Source of the DNA: Candidatus Saccharimonadales bacterium
Lineage (GTDB): Bacteria > Patescibacteriota > Saccharimonadia > Saccharimonadales > UBA4665
NCBI GenBank assembly: GCA_036392795.1
Contig: DASVXH010000083.1
Coordinates: 1,563 to 65,562 of the forward strand
DNA length: 64,000 nt
Direction of reading: 5' to 3'
The translations under genes and the position numbers were made by a program. The notes beneath the pieces were generated by a model, which saw only the letters and a program-made list of their open reading frames with translations, searched no databases and was not told where the DNA came from. Shown here one piece after another: positions 27,745 through 36,309 of this stretch (its first letter is position 1; each line of letters begins with the position of its first letter).

Positions 27745-28368
27745 ATGGCACGAGATACCCGTTCAATCGTAAAGATGTCCCGCCGCGAAGGCTACGCCCT
27801 ACACCCTAAGGCGCACAAAGCCCTCGTTAAAAGGACTTCTCCCCCCGGTCAGCAAGGCAATGGCCGCGGTGGACGCCCAGCAAAGGCAAGTCAATACGCC
27901 TTACAGCTGCGCGAAAAGCAAAAAGTTAAGCGTCTGTATGGCTTACTCGAACGACAGTTCAGTAACCTAATGAAAGAAGCAACGCGACGCCAAGGTCAAT
28001 CAGGTGAAGTCCTGTTGCAGCTACTTGAGCAGCGCATGGACAATGCCGTTTACCGCGCTGGTTTTGCGTCATCACGCCGCGCTGCACGTCAGCTGGTGAC
28101 CCACGGTCACTTCATGCTGAACGGCCGCCGCGTTGATGTCCCATCCATCCGCCTTCGTCCTGGCGACGAATTGACTGTCCGCGACCACAGCAAACAGACT
28201 GAATACTTCAAGAAGATTGATGACGTTAGCCCAGCACCAAGCTCGACACCGGGCTGGTTAAAGGTTGACCGCAAGAAAACAACCGTTGTAGTAACTGGCG
28301 CTCCTGCTCGCAATGATGCCGAGCCGGACATTAATGAACAATTAATCGTTGAATACTACTCACGCTAA
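27745..28368 (+). CDS. rpsD: 30S ribosomal protein S4
   Basis: YALQLREKQKVKRLYG ... S4 domain RQLVTHGHFMLNGRRVDVPS. Confidence 0.96.
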   Translation: MARDTRSIVKMSRREGYALHPKAHKALVKRTSPPGQQGNGRGGRPAKASQYALQLREKQKVKRLYGLLERQFSNLMKEATRRQGQSGEVLLQLLEQRMDNAVYRAGFASSRRAARQLVTHGHFMLNGRRVDVPSIRLRPGDELTVRDHSKQTEYFKKIDDVSPAPSSTPGWLKVDRKKTTVVVTGAPARNDAEPDINEQLIVEYYSR

Positions 28369-28386
28369 GGGGAGGAAGCACTAAAT

Positions 28387-29337
28387 ATGTCAAAGATGAT
28401 TCACACACCGGGTCTCGTAAAGGTAGACGACCACAGTGCCTCAAGCGCAACCTTTGTTGTTGAGCCACTCCACAGCGGCTACGGTATGACCCTTGGGAAC
28501 AGCTTGCGACGCGTATTGCTTTCCAGCATTGCCGGCGCTGCCGTTACCAGCTTCAAGATCGAAGGCGTAACTCATGAATTTACCGTAGTGAAGGGCGTTA
28601 AAGAAGATGTCGTCGACATCATGCTTAAACTCAAAGGCGTTCGTTTCCGCGTATATGGCGACGAACCCCAAACATTGCGCATCGTAAAGGAAGGTCGTGG
28701 ACCAGTAACCGCCAAAGACATTCAGGTTAACGCTGATGTCGAGGTAGTTAACCCCGACCACGTAATCGCCACTATCGATGAAGACAAAGCCAAATTTGTT
28801 ATGGACTTGGTTGTCGAGACCGGTCGCGGCTACCGCACCGTAGAAGAAGGTTCGGCAAAGAAAGCCAGCGACATGATCGCCGTAGACGCTATCTTTAGCC
28901 CCGTTCTTCGCGTACGCTACAAAGTCGAAAACACCCGCGTCGGCCAAATGACCGACCTGGACAAACTGTTGCTTACAATCGAAACCGACGGCTCAATCAC
29001 TCCGCGCGACGCTTTCGAAGAAGCTTCAGCCATTCTGGTAAATCAGTACACAGCTCTTGCAGGCAAGACCCGTGTTGAAACCGGCGAACAATTGGTTCCA
29101 TCAGGTGTTACCGCCACTACCGGCGCCACTACCGACAGTGACGAACCAGCAGCCCTCAACACCCCAATCGAAGACCTAAACCTTTCGGCTCGCACCACCA
29201 ACGCACTCATCAATAACGACATCCACACCATCAAGGATTTGTTTAGCTTGAGTGATGCGGAACTGCGTGACCTGAAGGGCTTCGGCAGCAAGGCTTTGGA
29301 CGAAGTTAAGGAAAAACTAGCGGAGTTGGAGCTTTAA
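28387..29337 (+). CDS. rpoA: DNA-directed RNA polymerase subunit alpha
   Basis: GYGMTLGNSLRRVLLSSI; C-terminal domain LNLSARTTNALINNDIHTIKDL. Confidence 0.96.
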   Translation: MSKMIHTPGLVKVDDHSASSATFVVEPLHSGYGMTLGNSLRRVLLSSIAGAAVTSFKIEGVTHEFTVVKGVKEDVVDIMLKLKGVRFRVYGDEPQTLRIVKEGRGPVTAKDIQVNADVEVVNPDHVIATIDEDKAKFVMDLVVETGRGYRTVEEGSAKKASDMIAVDAIFSPVLRVRYKVENTRVGQMTDLDKLLLTIETDGSITPRDAFEEASAILVNQYTALAGKTRVETGEQLVPSGVTATTGATTDSDEPAALNTPIEDLNLSARTTNALINNDIHTIKDLFSLSDAELRDLKGFGSKALDEVKEKLAELEL

Positions 29338-29339
29338 GC

Positions 29340-29798
29340 ATGCATCGTCACGGATACAAAGGCCGAAAACTGCACCGCGAGCGCGACCAACGTGAAGCGC
29401 TGATCAAGGGTTTGGCGGACTCCCTCATCAAATATGAGTCGATTGAAACCACCCTTCCTAAGGCCAAAGAAGTGGTGCCTTATGTAGAAAAATTAATCAC
29501 CAAGGCAAAAAAGGGCGACCTGCACTCTCGTCGCCAGGTCATAAGCAGCTTGCACACCGTTGCGACTGCTCATAAACTGGTCGACGAAGTCGCTCCCAAG
29601 CTAGCCGGTCGTACTAGCGGCCACCTACGCATCGAGAAAACTCGTTTGCGTCGTGGTGACAACGCTCAGTTGGCTCGCGTTAGCTTTGTAGACGACCTAA
29701 AGGAGGCCCCCGTAGCAAAGGCCGCCAAGAAGCCCGCTGCCGCCAAGGTAGAAAAAACTCCTGCCAAAAAGGCTGATGCCAAGAAAGAGGAGAAGTAA
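29340..29798 (+). CDS. rplQ: 50S ribosomal protein L17, with a K/A-rich C-terminal tail
   Basis: MHRHGYKGRKLHRERDQREALIKGLADSLI. Confidence 0.95.
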   Translation: MHRHGYKGRKLHRERDQREALIKGLADSLIKYESIETTLPKAKEVVPYVEKLITKAKKGDLHSRRQVISSLHTVATAHKLVDEVAPKLAGRTSGHLRIEKTRLRRGDNAQLARVSFVDDLKEAPVAKAAKKPAAAKVEKTPAKKADAKKEEK

Positions 29799-30238
29799 TG
29801 AAGACCTATAGCGCAAAACCGTCCGACGTAACCCGCAAATGGTACGTCATCGACGCCTCCGAGGCTCCTTTGGGCCGCGTCGCAACCCAAATCGCCAAGC
29901 TATTGACTGGCAAGGAAAAGCCAATGTTCACTCACCACATCGACGTAGGTGACTATGTGGTGGTCATTAACGCTGGCAACATCAAGGTAACTGGCGAAAA
30001 GCTGGATTCAAAGATGTACTACCGCCACAGTCAACATCCCGGTGGCCTCAAAGAACTGACTCTTCGAGAGAAAATGGAAAAAGATCCTACACATGCCTTG
30101 ACTCACGCAGTCCGCGGCATGCTTCCGGTCAACAAATTGCGCGACGCACGACTGGACCGCCTCAAGGTCTATGCCGGTGCCGAGCACAACCACGAAGCTC
30201 AAAAGCCTGAATCAATATCTGTAAAGGAGGCTAAATAA
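29798..30238 (+). CDS. rplM: 50S ribosomal protein L13
   Basis: RKWYVIDASEAPLGRVATQIAKLLTGK. Confidence 0.96.
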   Translation: MKTYSAKPSDVTRKWYVIDASEAPLGRVATQIAKLLTGKEKPMFTHHIDVGDYVVVINAGNIKVTGEKLDSKMYYRHSQHPGGLKELTLREKMEKDPTHALTHAVRGMLPVNKLRDARLDRLKVYAGAEHNHEAQKPESISVKEAK

Positions 30239-30642
30239 TGGCTGCAAACGCAAACCAATATTTTTACGCCTTGGGTCGCCGCAAAAGTTCGACTGCTCGC
30301 GTTCGCCTACAAGGCGGCAAGGGTTCGATCACCGTTAACGGCAAAGCTGCCGAGGAATACTTCGCTGGCAGCGAATACCTAATGAGCGAACTCAACAAGC
30401 CTTTTGTCGCCCTGCAGCAAGAGAATAAGTTCGACATTAGTGCCCGTGTAACCGGTGGCGGTCATGCAAGTCAGATCGACGCCATTCGTCTGGGCATCTC
30501 TAAGGCCCTTGCTCTTATGAACGAGGATCTGAAGGGTACCCTGAAGCGTGCCGACTTGCTTGGTCGCGACTCCCGCGAGAAAGAGCGCAAAAAGTTCGGT
30601 CTCAAAGGCGCCCGCAAGCAACGCCAGTTCACAAAACGTTAG
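30238..30642 (+). CDS. rpsI: 30S ribosomal protein S9
   Basis: GRRKSSTARVRL ... ending KQRQFTKR. Confidence 0.96.
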   Translation: MAANANQYFYALGRRKSSTARVRLQGGKGSITVNGKAAEEYFAGSEYLMSELNKPFVALQQENKFDISARVTGGGHASQIDAIRLGISKALALMNEDLKGTLKRADLLGRDSREKERKKFGLKGARKQRQFTKR

Positions 30643-30661
30643 TTTCTATAGAACAGCAAAC

Positions 30662-30692
30662 AACAATGGCCTCCATATCGGGGGCCATTGTT
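30662..30692. terminator. Hairpin between convergent rpsI and the 179-aa gene (possibly a bidirectional terminator)
   Basis: AACAATGGCC (30662-30671) / GGCCATTGTT (30683-30692). The U tract is weak on the + strand. Confidence 0.5.
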
Positions 30693-30720
30693 CTAAGTAC
30701 GGCTACTCTTAATATAATCG

Positions 30721-31260
30721 CTAAATAGGAGAGTTGTCCCAGTGAAACTTGCCCCCAAATTCAGTCCGAGCTACCTGCGAAAGAAAATCCTGATGATCTC
30801 GCGTGTAGTGACCGTATTTTAATATTTCCGCAGACGACACTACTTGGAGGCCGTGCCGGATATTTACTCCAACCCCTGCATTTGTATCTGCCAAAATAAG
30901 CTCTTCTCCGTACTGCCCGTCGGTTCGAATCTTCAGCGCGTCACCGGACATCATATGAACCTGCACACGGAGCAATTGATTGCCCAGAAAACGAAATCCG
31001 GCTGCAATCTGCGCCGTACAGAATGGCTCATAACTGGCGTCAGTAGCATTAGAGTTCTCTATGCACTTAAACACAAGTGTTCTATGGATGTGCGTAGCAA
31101 GCACCCCGTCGTTAAGACGCTCATTGATGTCCTCAATCATGTTATCCGCAGCACGAAAACGCTCCGCCTGATCCTTTTGCCCGCCATAATCGCACAAAAC
31201 ATCCCGATAATAATTAACCATCTCGGCAGCGCCGAGGAATTTTTCATTTTCTACACTCAT
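30721..31260 (-). CDS. Hypothetical protein, 179 aa
   Basis: More protein-like composition than the overlapping + strand ORF 30844-31353. No motif recognised. Confidence 0.55.
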   Translation of the reverse strand: MSVENEKFLGAAEMVNYYRDVLCDYGGQKDQAERFRAADNMIEDINERLNDGVLATHIHRTLVFKCIENSNATDASYEPFCTAQIAAGFRFLGNQLLRVQVHMMSGDALKIRTDGQYGEELILADTNAGVGVNIRHGLQVVSSAEILKYGHYTRDHQDFLSQVARTEFGGKFHWDNSPI

Positions 31261-31349
31261 ATTCTCCCCTATCTACGCGAACAGTATCGCATTCGTAAAT
31301 TTATTGATACCATATTAGTCAAGGAACTGCAATATCTCACAAATCAGCC

Positions 31350-32294
31350 ATGAGTAAAACACCACAAGAAAAACGCATTATAAAACGCCAGCAACTTATC
31401 GAGCGCACGTCGGTTGCTTTAGGTATCTCTAATGACGAAGCTGCGGCATTGCTACGGACCGAACGCCACCAGAGCGTGCGGATAAATACGCTTAGTCCAC
31501 CCGCAGAGATGCCTGGTTGGCTTGGTAAAAATCTTGTCTGGTCTACTGAAGGCTACGAATTGAAGCTACCCGTGGCAGATATTCGCGATAGCGAACCAGT
31601 TATGTCAGGACAGGTTTTCATCCAAAACGCAGCCAGCTGGCTGCCGATCATCGCCCTCGATCCCCGACCGGAAGAAGTAATTTTGGATGTCTGCGCCGCA
31701 CCGGGCGGTAAAACAAGCCACGTTGCTGCTCGAACCAATAATCGGGCTGTTATTTGGGCGAACGATAATTCACGCGCTCGACTAGCAAAACTGCAAGCAA
31801 ATATGGCCCGACTAACTGCAAAAGTGACAAATTACACGCTCTTCGACGCCACACAGCTGGCACGCAAGCTGGACGGACAGCAATTCGATAAAATTCTATT
31901 GGACGCACCTTGTAGCGGCGAGGGTATGATGAATTTAAAAAACGACAAAGATTTTAATACCTGGTCTGTCGCCCATATTAAGCGTTTGCAGCAACTCCAA
32001 AAACGCATTTTGTCACAGGCTTGGCAGCTTTTAAGACCAGGCGGTACCCTAGTCTACAGTACCTGCACTATAGCACCAGAAGAAAACGAGGCCGTTATCG
32101 ACTACCTTCTGCGCTCACGCGAAGACGTTCGGATTCAGCCGTTCGACTTAGACCTTCCCAATAGGGTACCTCCTGTACAAGAATGGAATGGCCGCAAGTT
32201 TAGCGCCGAAACACAAAAATGCATGCGTCTTAAGCCCAGTCAAACCATCGAAGCGTTTTTCGTATGCAAATTAAAGAAAAACGGTACACTGTAG
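31350..32294 (+). CDS. rRNA cytosine-C5 methyltransferase, RsmB/RsmF (NOL1/NOP2/Sun) family
   Basis: SAM motif ILDVCAAPGGKTSH; catalytic Cys motifs LLDAPCSGEG and LVYSTCTIAPEENE. Confidence 0.85.
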   Translation: MSKTPQEKRIIKRQQLIERTSVALGISNDEAAALLRTERHQSVRINTLSPPAEMPGWLGKNLVWSTEGYELKLPVADIRDSEPVMSGQVFIQNAASWLPIIALDPRPEEVILDVCAAPGGKTSHVAARTNNRAVIWANDNSRARLAKLQANMARLTAKVTNYTLFDATQLARKLDGQQFDKILLDAPCSGEGMMNLKNDKDFNTWSVAHIKRLQQLQKRILSQAWQLLRPGGTLVYSTCTIAPEENEAVIDYLLRSREDVRIQPFDLDLPNRVPPVQEWNGRKFSAETQKCMRLKPSQTIEAFFVCKLKKNGTL

Positions 32295-32324
32295 TATTTA
32301 TTCTAGCGAATTATTAAAGAGTCA

Positions 32325-32333
32325 TGGTATTAT
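32325..32333 (+). promoter_or_regulatory. Extended -10 element (TGgTATTAT) at the head of the trpS leader
   Basis: TG at 32325-32326 and TATTAT at 32328-32333. The -35 is poor (TAGCGA). Confidence 0.35.
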
Positions 32334-32460
32334 GCAGTTTGTGAAACAAATTCGTCCACTCATAGCATCTTATTTCTTTTGGTTTACCACCCGATGCAGT
32401 GGCGGTTTGTTCCGTGTGTTTGCCTAAAGAAACAAGCCAGGAAAAGCGAAAATACCGAAG

Positions 32461-32489
32461 AAACCGCCACCCAAAAAAGGCGGTTTTTT
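32461..32489 (+). terminator. Intrinsic terminator inside the leader upstream of ORF95-trpS
   Basis: AAACCGCC (32461-32468) / GGCGGTTT (32479-32486) within an A-tract / stem / TTTTTT layout. Confidence 0.65.
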
Positions 32490-32521
32490 ACATGCTTAAC
32501 GATGTTGAAAAGGAGACAAAT

Positions 32522-32809
32522 ATGAACACCGAAGTGATTAACGATCAAAAAATGCAAGAGACAGTAGAAATTTCTCTGGCCCTTCCACCGCAATACCCGC
32601 CACCTGAGCAACAGCCAGCACCCAAAAGGGCGGAAGTACTTTCGCCAGAGCAAATGCGCCTCTTAGCGCGGACAGCTACAGCCCAGGCGATTGCGGCCGT
32701 AAAGGCCGGAGAATGTTTTGATGTCCGGGCACTCGATCCGCGGGACATTGGGCCCGAAACCTGTACCCTTATAAGACAAATAATCAAGTATGGATGTATA
32801 ATAGAGTAA
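32522..32809 (+). CDS. Hypothetical protein, 95 aa, co-transcribed with trpS
   Basis: AAAGGAG lies 7 nt upstream of ATG 32522. The track ORF (32399) would read through the terminator. Pro/Gln-rich N-terminal half. Confidence 0.55.
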   Translation: MNTEVINDQKMQETVEISLALPPQYPPPEQQPAPKRAEVLSPEQMRLLARTATAQAIAAVKAGECFDVRALDPRDIGPETCTLIRQIIKYGCIIE

Positions 32810-32810
32810 T

Positions 32811-33842
32811 ATGAATAAACCAGTAGTTTTAACTGGCCTGCGGGCCAATAACGATTTGCATATTGGCAATTATTTTGGTGCCTTGCTGCCGATGATAGAT
32901 ATGGCGCGGTCACGATCAGCCGAATATCAGATCAATCTGTTTGTACCCGACCTGCATAGCTTTACCACCCCAATCGATCATTCGCAGTTTCATGAGCAAA
33001 TTAAACAAAATGTGCGCGTATATGTCGCGGCCGGCTTGCCCTTGGACAATAAAAATATCCACGTATATCGGCAAAGCTATATTTCGCCACACAGCGAGCT
33101 AACCTGGATTCTCGACTGTTTTACCGGTTTCGGCGAGATGAGCCGTATGACCCAGTTCAAAGATAAATCTGCAAAGTTAGGCGATGAGCGCATTAGTGTA
33201 GGCCTCTTTAATTATCCCGTCTTAATGGCTGCTGACATTTTGCTATACAATGCCAGCTATATACCTGTCGGCGACGACCAAACCCAGCATCTAGAGTTTA
33301 CGCGCGACATCGCAGAGCGCTTCAATAATCAGTTTGGCGACATCTTTACCGTTCCAGTATCCGTTCCAAAACAACACGCCTTCTTTGGCAAAGATCAAGG
33401 CCTGCGAATACGCGACCTGGTAGATCCTAGCAAAAAAATGAGCAAGAGTGATGACACCGGCAAAGGAGTGATTTTTCTGAGTGACGAGCCGGTTGTAGCT
33501 GCCAAAAAAATTATGAGCGCTACGACGGATAGTTACGGGGAAATTAAATACGATTTAGTGAATCGTCCGGGCATAACCAATTTACTGCAGATTCTGGCAC
33601 TTCTATCGGCACGTCCACAAGAAAAAGTAAATGCCGAGTGGGAAGGCAAATCCAGTTACGGCGATCTGAAAAAAGCAGTTGCCGAGATCGTGTCGAGCTT
33701 TTTGACCGAATTTCAATCACGCTTGGCAGCGGTAGACGATGACATTCTGAACAAAAAACTACAAGACAGCGAATCCGCGATGCGCGAAATCGCAGGCGCC
33801 ACTCTGCTTCGTGCCCAAAAAGCCGTGGGCCTACGCAGGTAG
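32811..33842 (+). CDS. trpS: Tryptophan--tRNA ligase
   Basis: HIGH-type LHIGNYFG, KMSKS, and VGDDQTQHLEFTRDIAERFN. Confidence 0.93.
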   Translation: MNKPVVLTGLRANNDLHIGNYFGALLPMIDMARSRSAEYQINLFVPDLHSFTTPIDHSQFHEQIKQNVRVYVAAGLPLDNKNIHVYRQSYISPHSELTWILDCFTGFGEMSRMTQFKDKSAKLGDERISVGLFNYPVLMAADILLYNASYIPVGDDQTQHLEFTRDIAERFNNQFGDIFTVPVSVPKQHAFFGKDQGLRIRDLVDPSKKMSKSDDTGKGVIFLSDEPVVAAKKIMSATTDSYGEIKYDLVNRPGITNLLQILALLSARPQEKVNAEWEGKSSYGDLKKAVAEIVSSFLTEFQSRLAAVDDDILNKKLQDSESAMREIAGATLLRAQKAVGLRR

Positions 33843-33847
33843 AAATC

Positions 33848-35311
33848 ATGAAAAAAGTTCCATTTTATGGCAATCGTGAGGACAATTTGCATTGCGCGGT
33901 AGCCATTTACCGCATGCTATTTGATTACTTTTTGGATCGCAAAATCAGCTGGGAAGACATGGAAAAAATGTCGGGATTCAAACCCGGAAAAGCCGCCTGG
34001 ACCGTCACCATTTGGGAGCGGATGAGCAAACAGGGTTTTGATATTCGGATGATCGAGCCTTTTGACTATGCGCGTTACGAAAAAGAGGGGAAGCCCTATC
34101 TGCAAACCTACCTCAGCAAGGCCGAATATGAGTGGCAGACTAAAAACAGCAACATTCTAGAAATCCGGCAGTACATCAGCTCATTCCTAGAAGTACAAAC
34201 GGTCGAACATCGGCGGGCCACTTTACAGGATGTTGACGACATGCTAAACGATGGGCGATTGGTTTTTATGACGCTTAATTCTAAAATTCTAAATGATAAA
34301 CCCGGTTTTGCGTCGCACGCAGTGCTGGTCATCGACAAGGACGACGATAATTACATTATGCACGATCCGGGTCTACCGCCTGCGCCATACCGCCGTGTCT
34401 CTGCCGAAAAACTATGGCAAGCCATGGGTGCAGAGCAGACAACATCCGAAGTAACGGGTATCAAATTCAGGCCTCGACCCTTACGCGCAGACCAAGTTCT
34501 AGCCAATCAATATCCCTTGTATTCACGTGCGGCATTGGCAAAGCTTTTCGAAAAGGGATTAGTCAAGCATGATGGTAAAACACTAAAACCGGGAGCCAGG
34601 GTTCTATCAAATGTCGTTCTGGATGCCGATCTGAGTTCATTGCAGGTCTCGGACAAAACCATCGATTTACCCGTGTTGTACGAAGACGACAATATTCTGG
34701 TCATCAACAAACCGGCCGGCGTATTAGCACACACCCAAGGCGCTTTTAATCCCGAAGCAACGGTTGCCACCTTTTTGCGTAAGCACGTCACCGAGCTGAC
34801 GGGAGAACGCGCAGGCATCGTACATAGGCTGGATCGTCCCACGAGCGGTGTAATGGTGTGTGCCAAAAACCCTAAGGCCATGGCTTTTTTACAAAAACAA
34901 TTCGCCGACCGCACGGTGCAAAAAACCTACGGCGCCATCGTAGAAGGGCACCTGAAACAGCTTGAAGCTGTAATTGATATGCCCATCGAACGCAATCCCA
35001 AGGCTCCGGCCACGTTCCGAGTCGGCCCCAATGGCAAATCAGCCACGACACACTACAAAGTTATAGAACAAAACGACCACGCCAGCTTGCTGGAACTCAA
35101 GCCAAAAACCGGCCGCACCCACCAGCTGCGCGTGCATTTGCATCAGCTTGGTCATCCTATAATTGGCGACCCCCTGTACGGCAAAGGCAAATACGGTGAC
35201 CGGCTATATCTGCATGCCCACACCCTGGAGATAGTATTGCCCGAAACTGGTGAGCGTAAAATATTTACTGCGCCATTGCCTACAGAATTTAGTGACTATA
35301 TGGAGCATTAA
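33848..35311 (+). CDS. Fusion protein: N-terminal papain/C39-like cysteine-peptidase-like domain + S4 domain + RluA/RluD-family pseudouridine synthase
   Basis: N-terminal 200 aa with Cys16 (NLHCAVA; codon 33893-33895), His157 (FASHAVLVID) and Asp173 (IMHDPG). C-terminal part has an S4-like segment and the HRLDRPTSG catalytic motif (about 34823-34849). Confidence 0.8.
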   Translation: MKKVPFYGNREDNLHCAVAIYRMLFDYFLDRKISWEDMEKMSGFKPGKAAWTVTIWERMSKQGFDIRMIEPFDYARYEKEGKPYLQTYLSKAEYEWQTKNSNILEIRQYISSFLEVQTVEHRRATLQDVDDMLNDGRLVFMTLNSKILNDKPGFASHAVLVIDKDDDNYIMHDPGLPPAPYRRVSAEKLWQAMGAEQTTSEVTGIKFRPRPLRADQVLANQYPLYSRAALAKLFEKGLVKHDGKTLKPGARVLSNVVLDADLSSLQVSDKTIDLPVLYEDDNILVINKPAGVLAHTQGAFNPEATVATFLRKHVTELTGERAGIVHRLDRPTSGVMVCAKNPKAMAFLQKQFADRTVQKTYGAIVEGHLKQLEAVIDMPIERNPKAPATFRVGPNGKSATTHYKVIEQNDHASLLELKPKTGRTHQLRVHLHQLGHPIIGDPLYGKGKYGDRLYLHAHTLEIVLPETGERKIFTAPLPTEFSDYMEH

Positions 35312-36189
35312 TGGACAGTCGTCTTGTAGTACATCCGCTCACAAAACAGCATGTCGCACAATTTCTAAAGACACCCGTGCACGCTTTGATGATCGTTGGT
35401 TCGGACGGTATAGGTAAGGGCGCCATTGCGGCTGCAATAGCTGCTGCCGTACTGCAGGTTGATCCGGAGAAGCTAGATCAATACCCCTACTTTAAGCGAT
35501 CGCTGCCTGACGAAAAAGCAACGACATCCATAGAGACTATCCGGGGTTTGCAACGCTTTTTACAACTACGCACAACTGGGCAAGGGAGAATACGCCGCAT
35601 CATCATCTTGGAACATGCCGGAACAATGACAACCGAAGCACAAAATGCCTTCTTGAAAGTGCTAGAAGAGCCGCCAACCGATACCCTCATTATCCTGACG
35701 GCCGATAGTCAGCGCGCCGTTTTGCCTACAATTTTGTCGAGAGTCCAGATCATGACTATCGCGACGCCTACCGAAGAAGCCATCCGCGCACACTTTTCCT
35801 CACTCGGCAGGGAAGCGGCAGCCATTACACAAAGTTATTTTTTGAGCGGCGGCCTTCCCGGCCTAATGCACGCGCTTTTGCATGAAGAATCCGATCACCC
35901 ATTACTGGCCGGCGTCGCCCAGGCAAAGGCGCTACTACAGAACCCACTGTTTGAACGTTTGGCGCTTGTAGAAAGTATGGTCAAGCAAAAAGGCCAAGTC
36001 ATCTCGACGCTCGAAGCATTACAGCATATTGCCCAAACCGGCCTCAACCAAGCAACAGACAAACAGGATCAGGCCAAAATAAAACAATGGCACCATGTGC
36101 TGAAACTGGCAACTGAAGCCCTCCAGGCACTTGCGGCCAATGCTAATACCAAGTTGACTTTGTCAAATTTGGCCCTACGCCTTAATTAA
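35311..36189 (+). CDS. holB: DNA polymerase III delta-prime subunit-like clamp-loader protein
   Basis: GSDGIGKG P-loop-like motif, AQNAFLKVLEEPP, ILSRVQ (SRC-like). Confidence 0.8.
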   Translation: MDSRLVVHPLTKQHVAQFLKTPVHALMIVGSDGIGKGAIAAAIAAAVLQVDPEKLDQYPYFKRSLPDEKATTSIETIRGLQRFLQLRTTGQGRIRRIIILEHAGTMTTEAQNAFLKVLEEPPTDTLIILTADSQRAVLPTILSRVQIMTIATPTEEAIRAHFSSLGREAAAITQSYFLSGGLPGLMHALLHEESDHPLLAGVAQAKALLQNPLFERLALVESMVKQKGQVISTLEALQHIAQTGLNQATDKQDQAKIKQWHHVLKLATEALQALAANANTKLTLSNLALRLN

Positions 36190-36309
36190 CCTAGCCATAG
36201 AGGCTCATCAAAGAAACAGTCATAATTTTTCTTAACTTTACCAATTTTGTTTTGGCTTGAACATTTAAAGCTAGGGATTCAACAATCTCTGCTATAATGT
36301 TTGAAGCAT

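Noticed and set aside
30844-31353. 169-aa plus-strand ORF overlapping the 179-aa minus-strand gene
   Set aside because: The composition is poor (Cys/Ile/His/Leu-rich, no acidic balance) and there is no ribosome-binding site. The minus-strand product looks like a normal soluble protein. The call remains of moderate confidence only.
32341-32489. Firm annotation of the trpS leader as a T-box riboswitch
   Set aside because: I could not fold a Stem I with K-turn, specifier loop (UGG followed by a purine) and distal loop. The spacing between the T-box-like arm and the terminator (about 52 nt) is longer than typical. It is kept only as a hypothesis in the findings.
32394-32525. 43-codon upstream ORF (MQWRFVPCV...) in the trpS leader, as a Trp-codon leader peptide
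   Set aside because: It has no Shine-Dalgarno sequence and only a single UGG codon. A ribosome stalled there would mask the antiterminator arm, giving regulation opposite to what is expected. A classical trpL-type mechanism is therefore unlikely.
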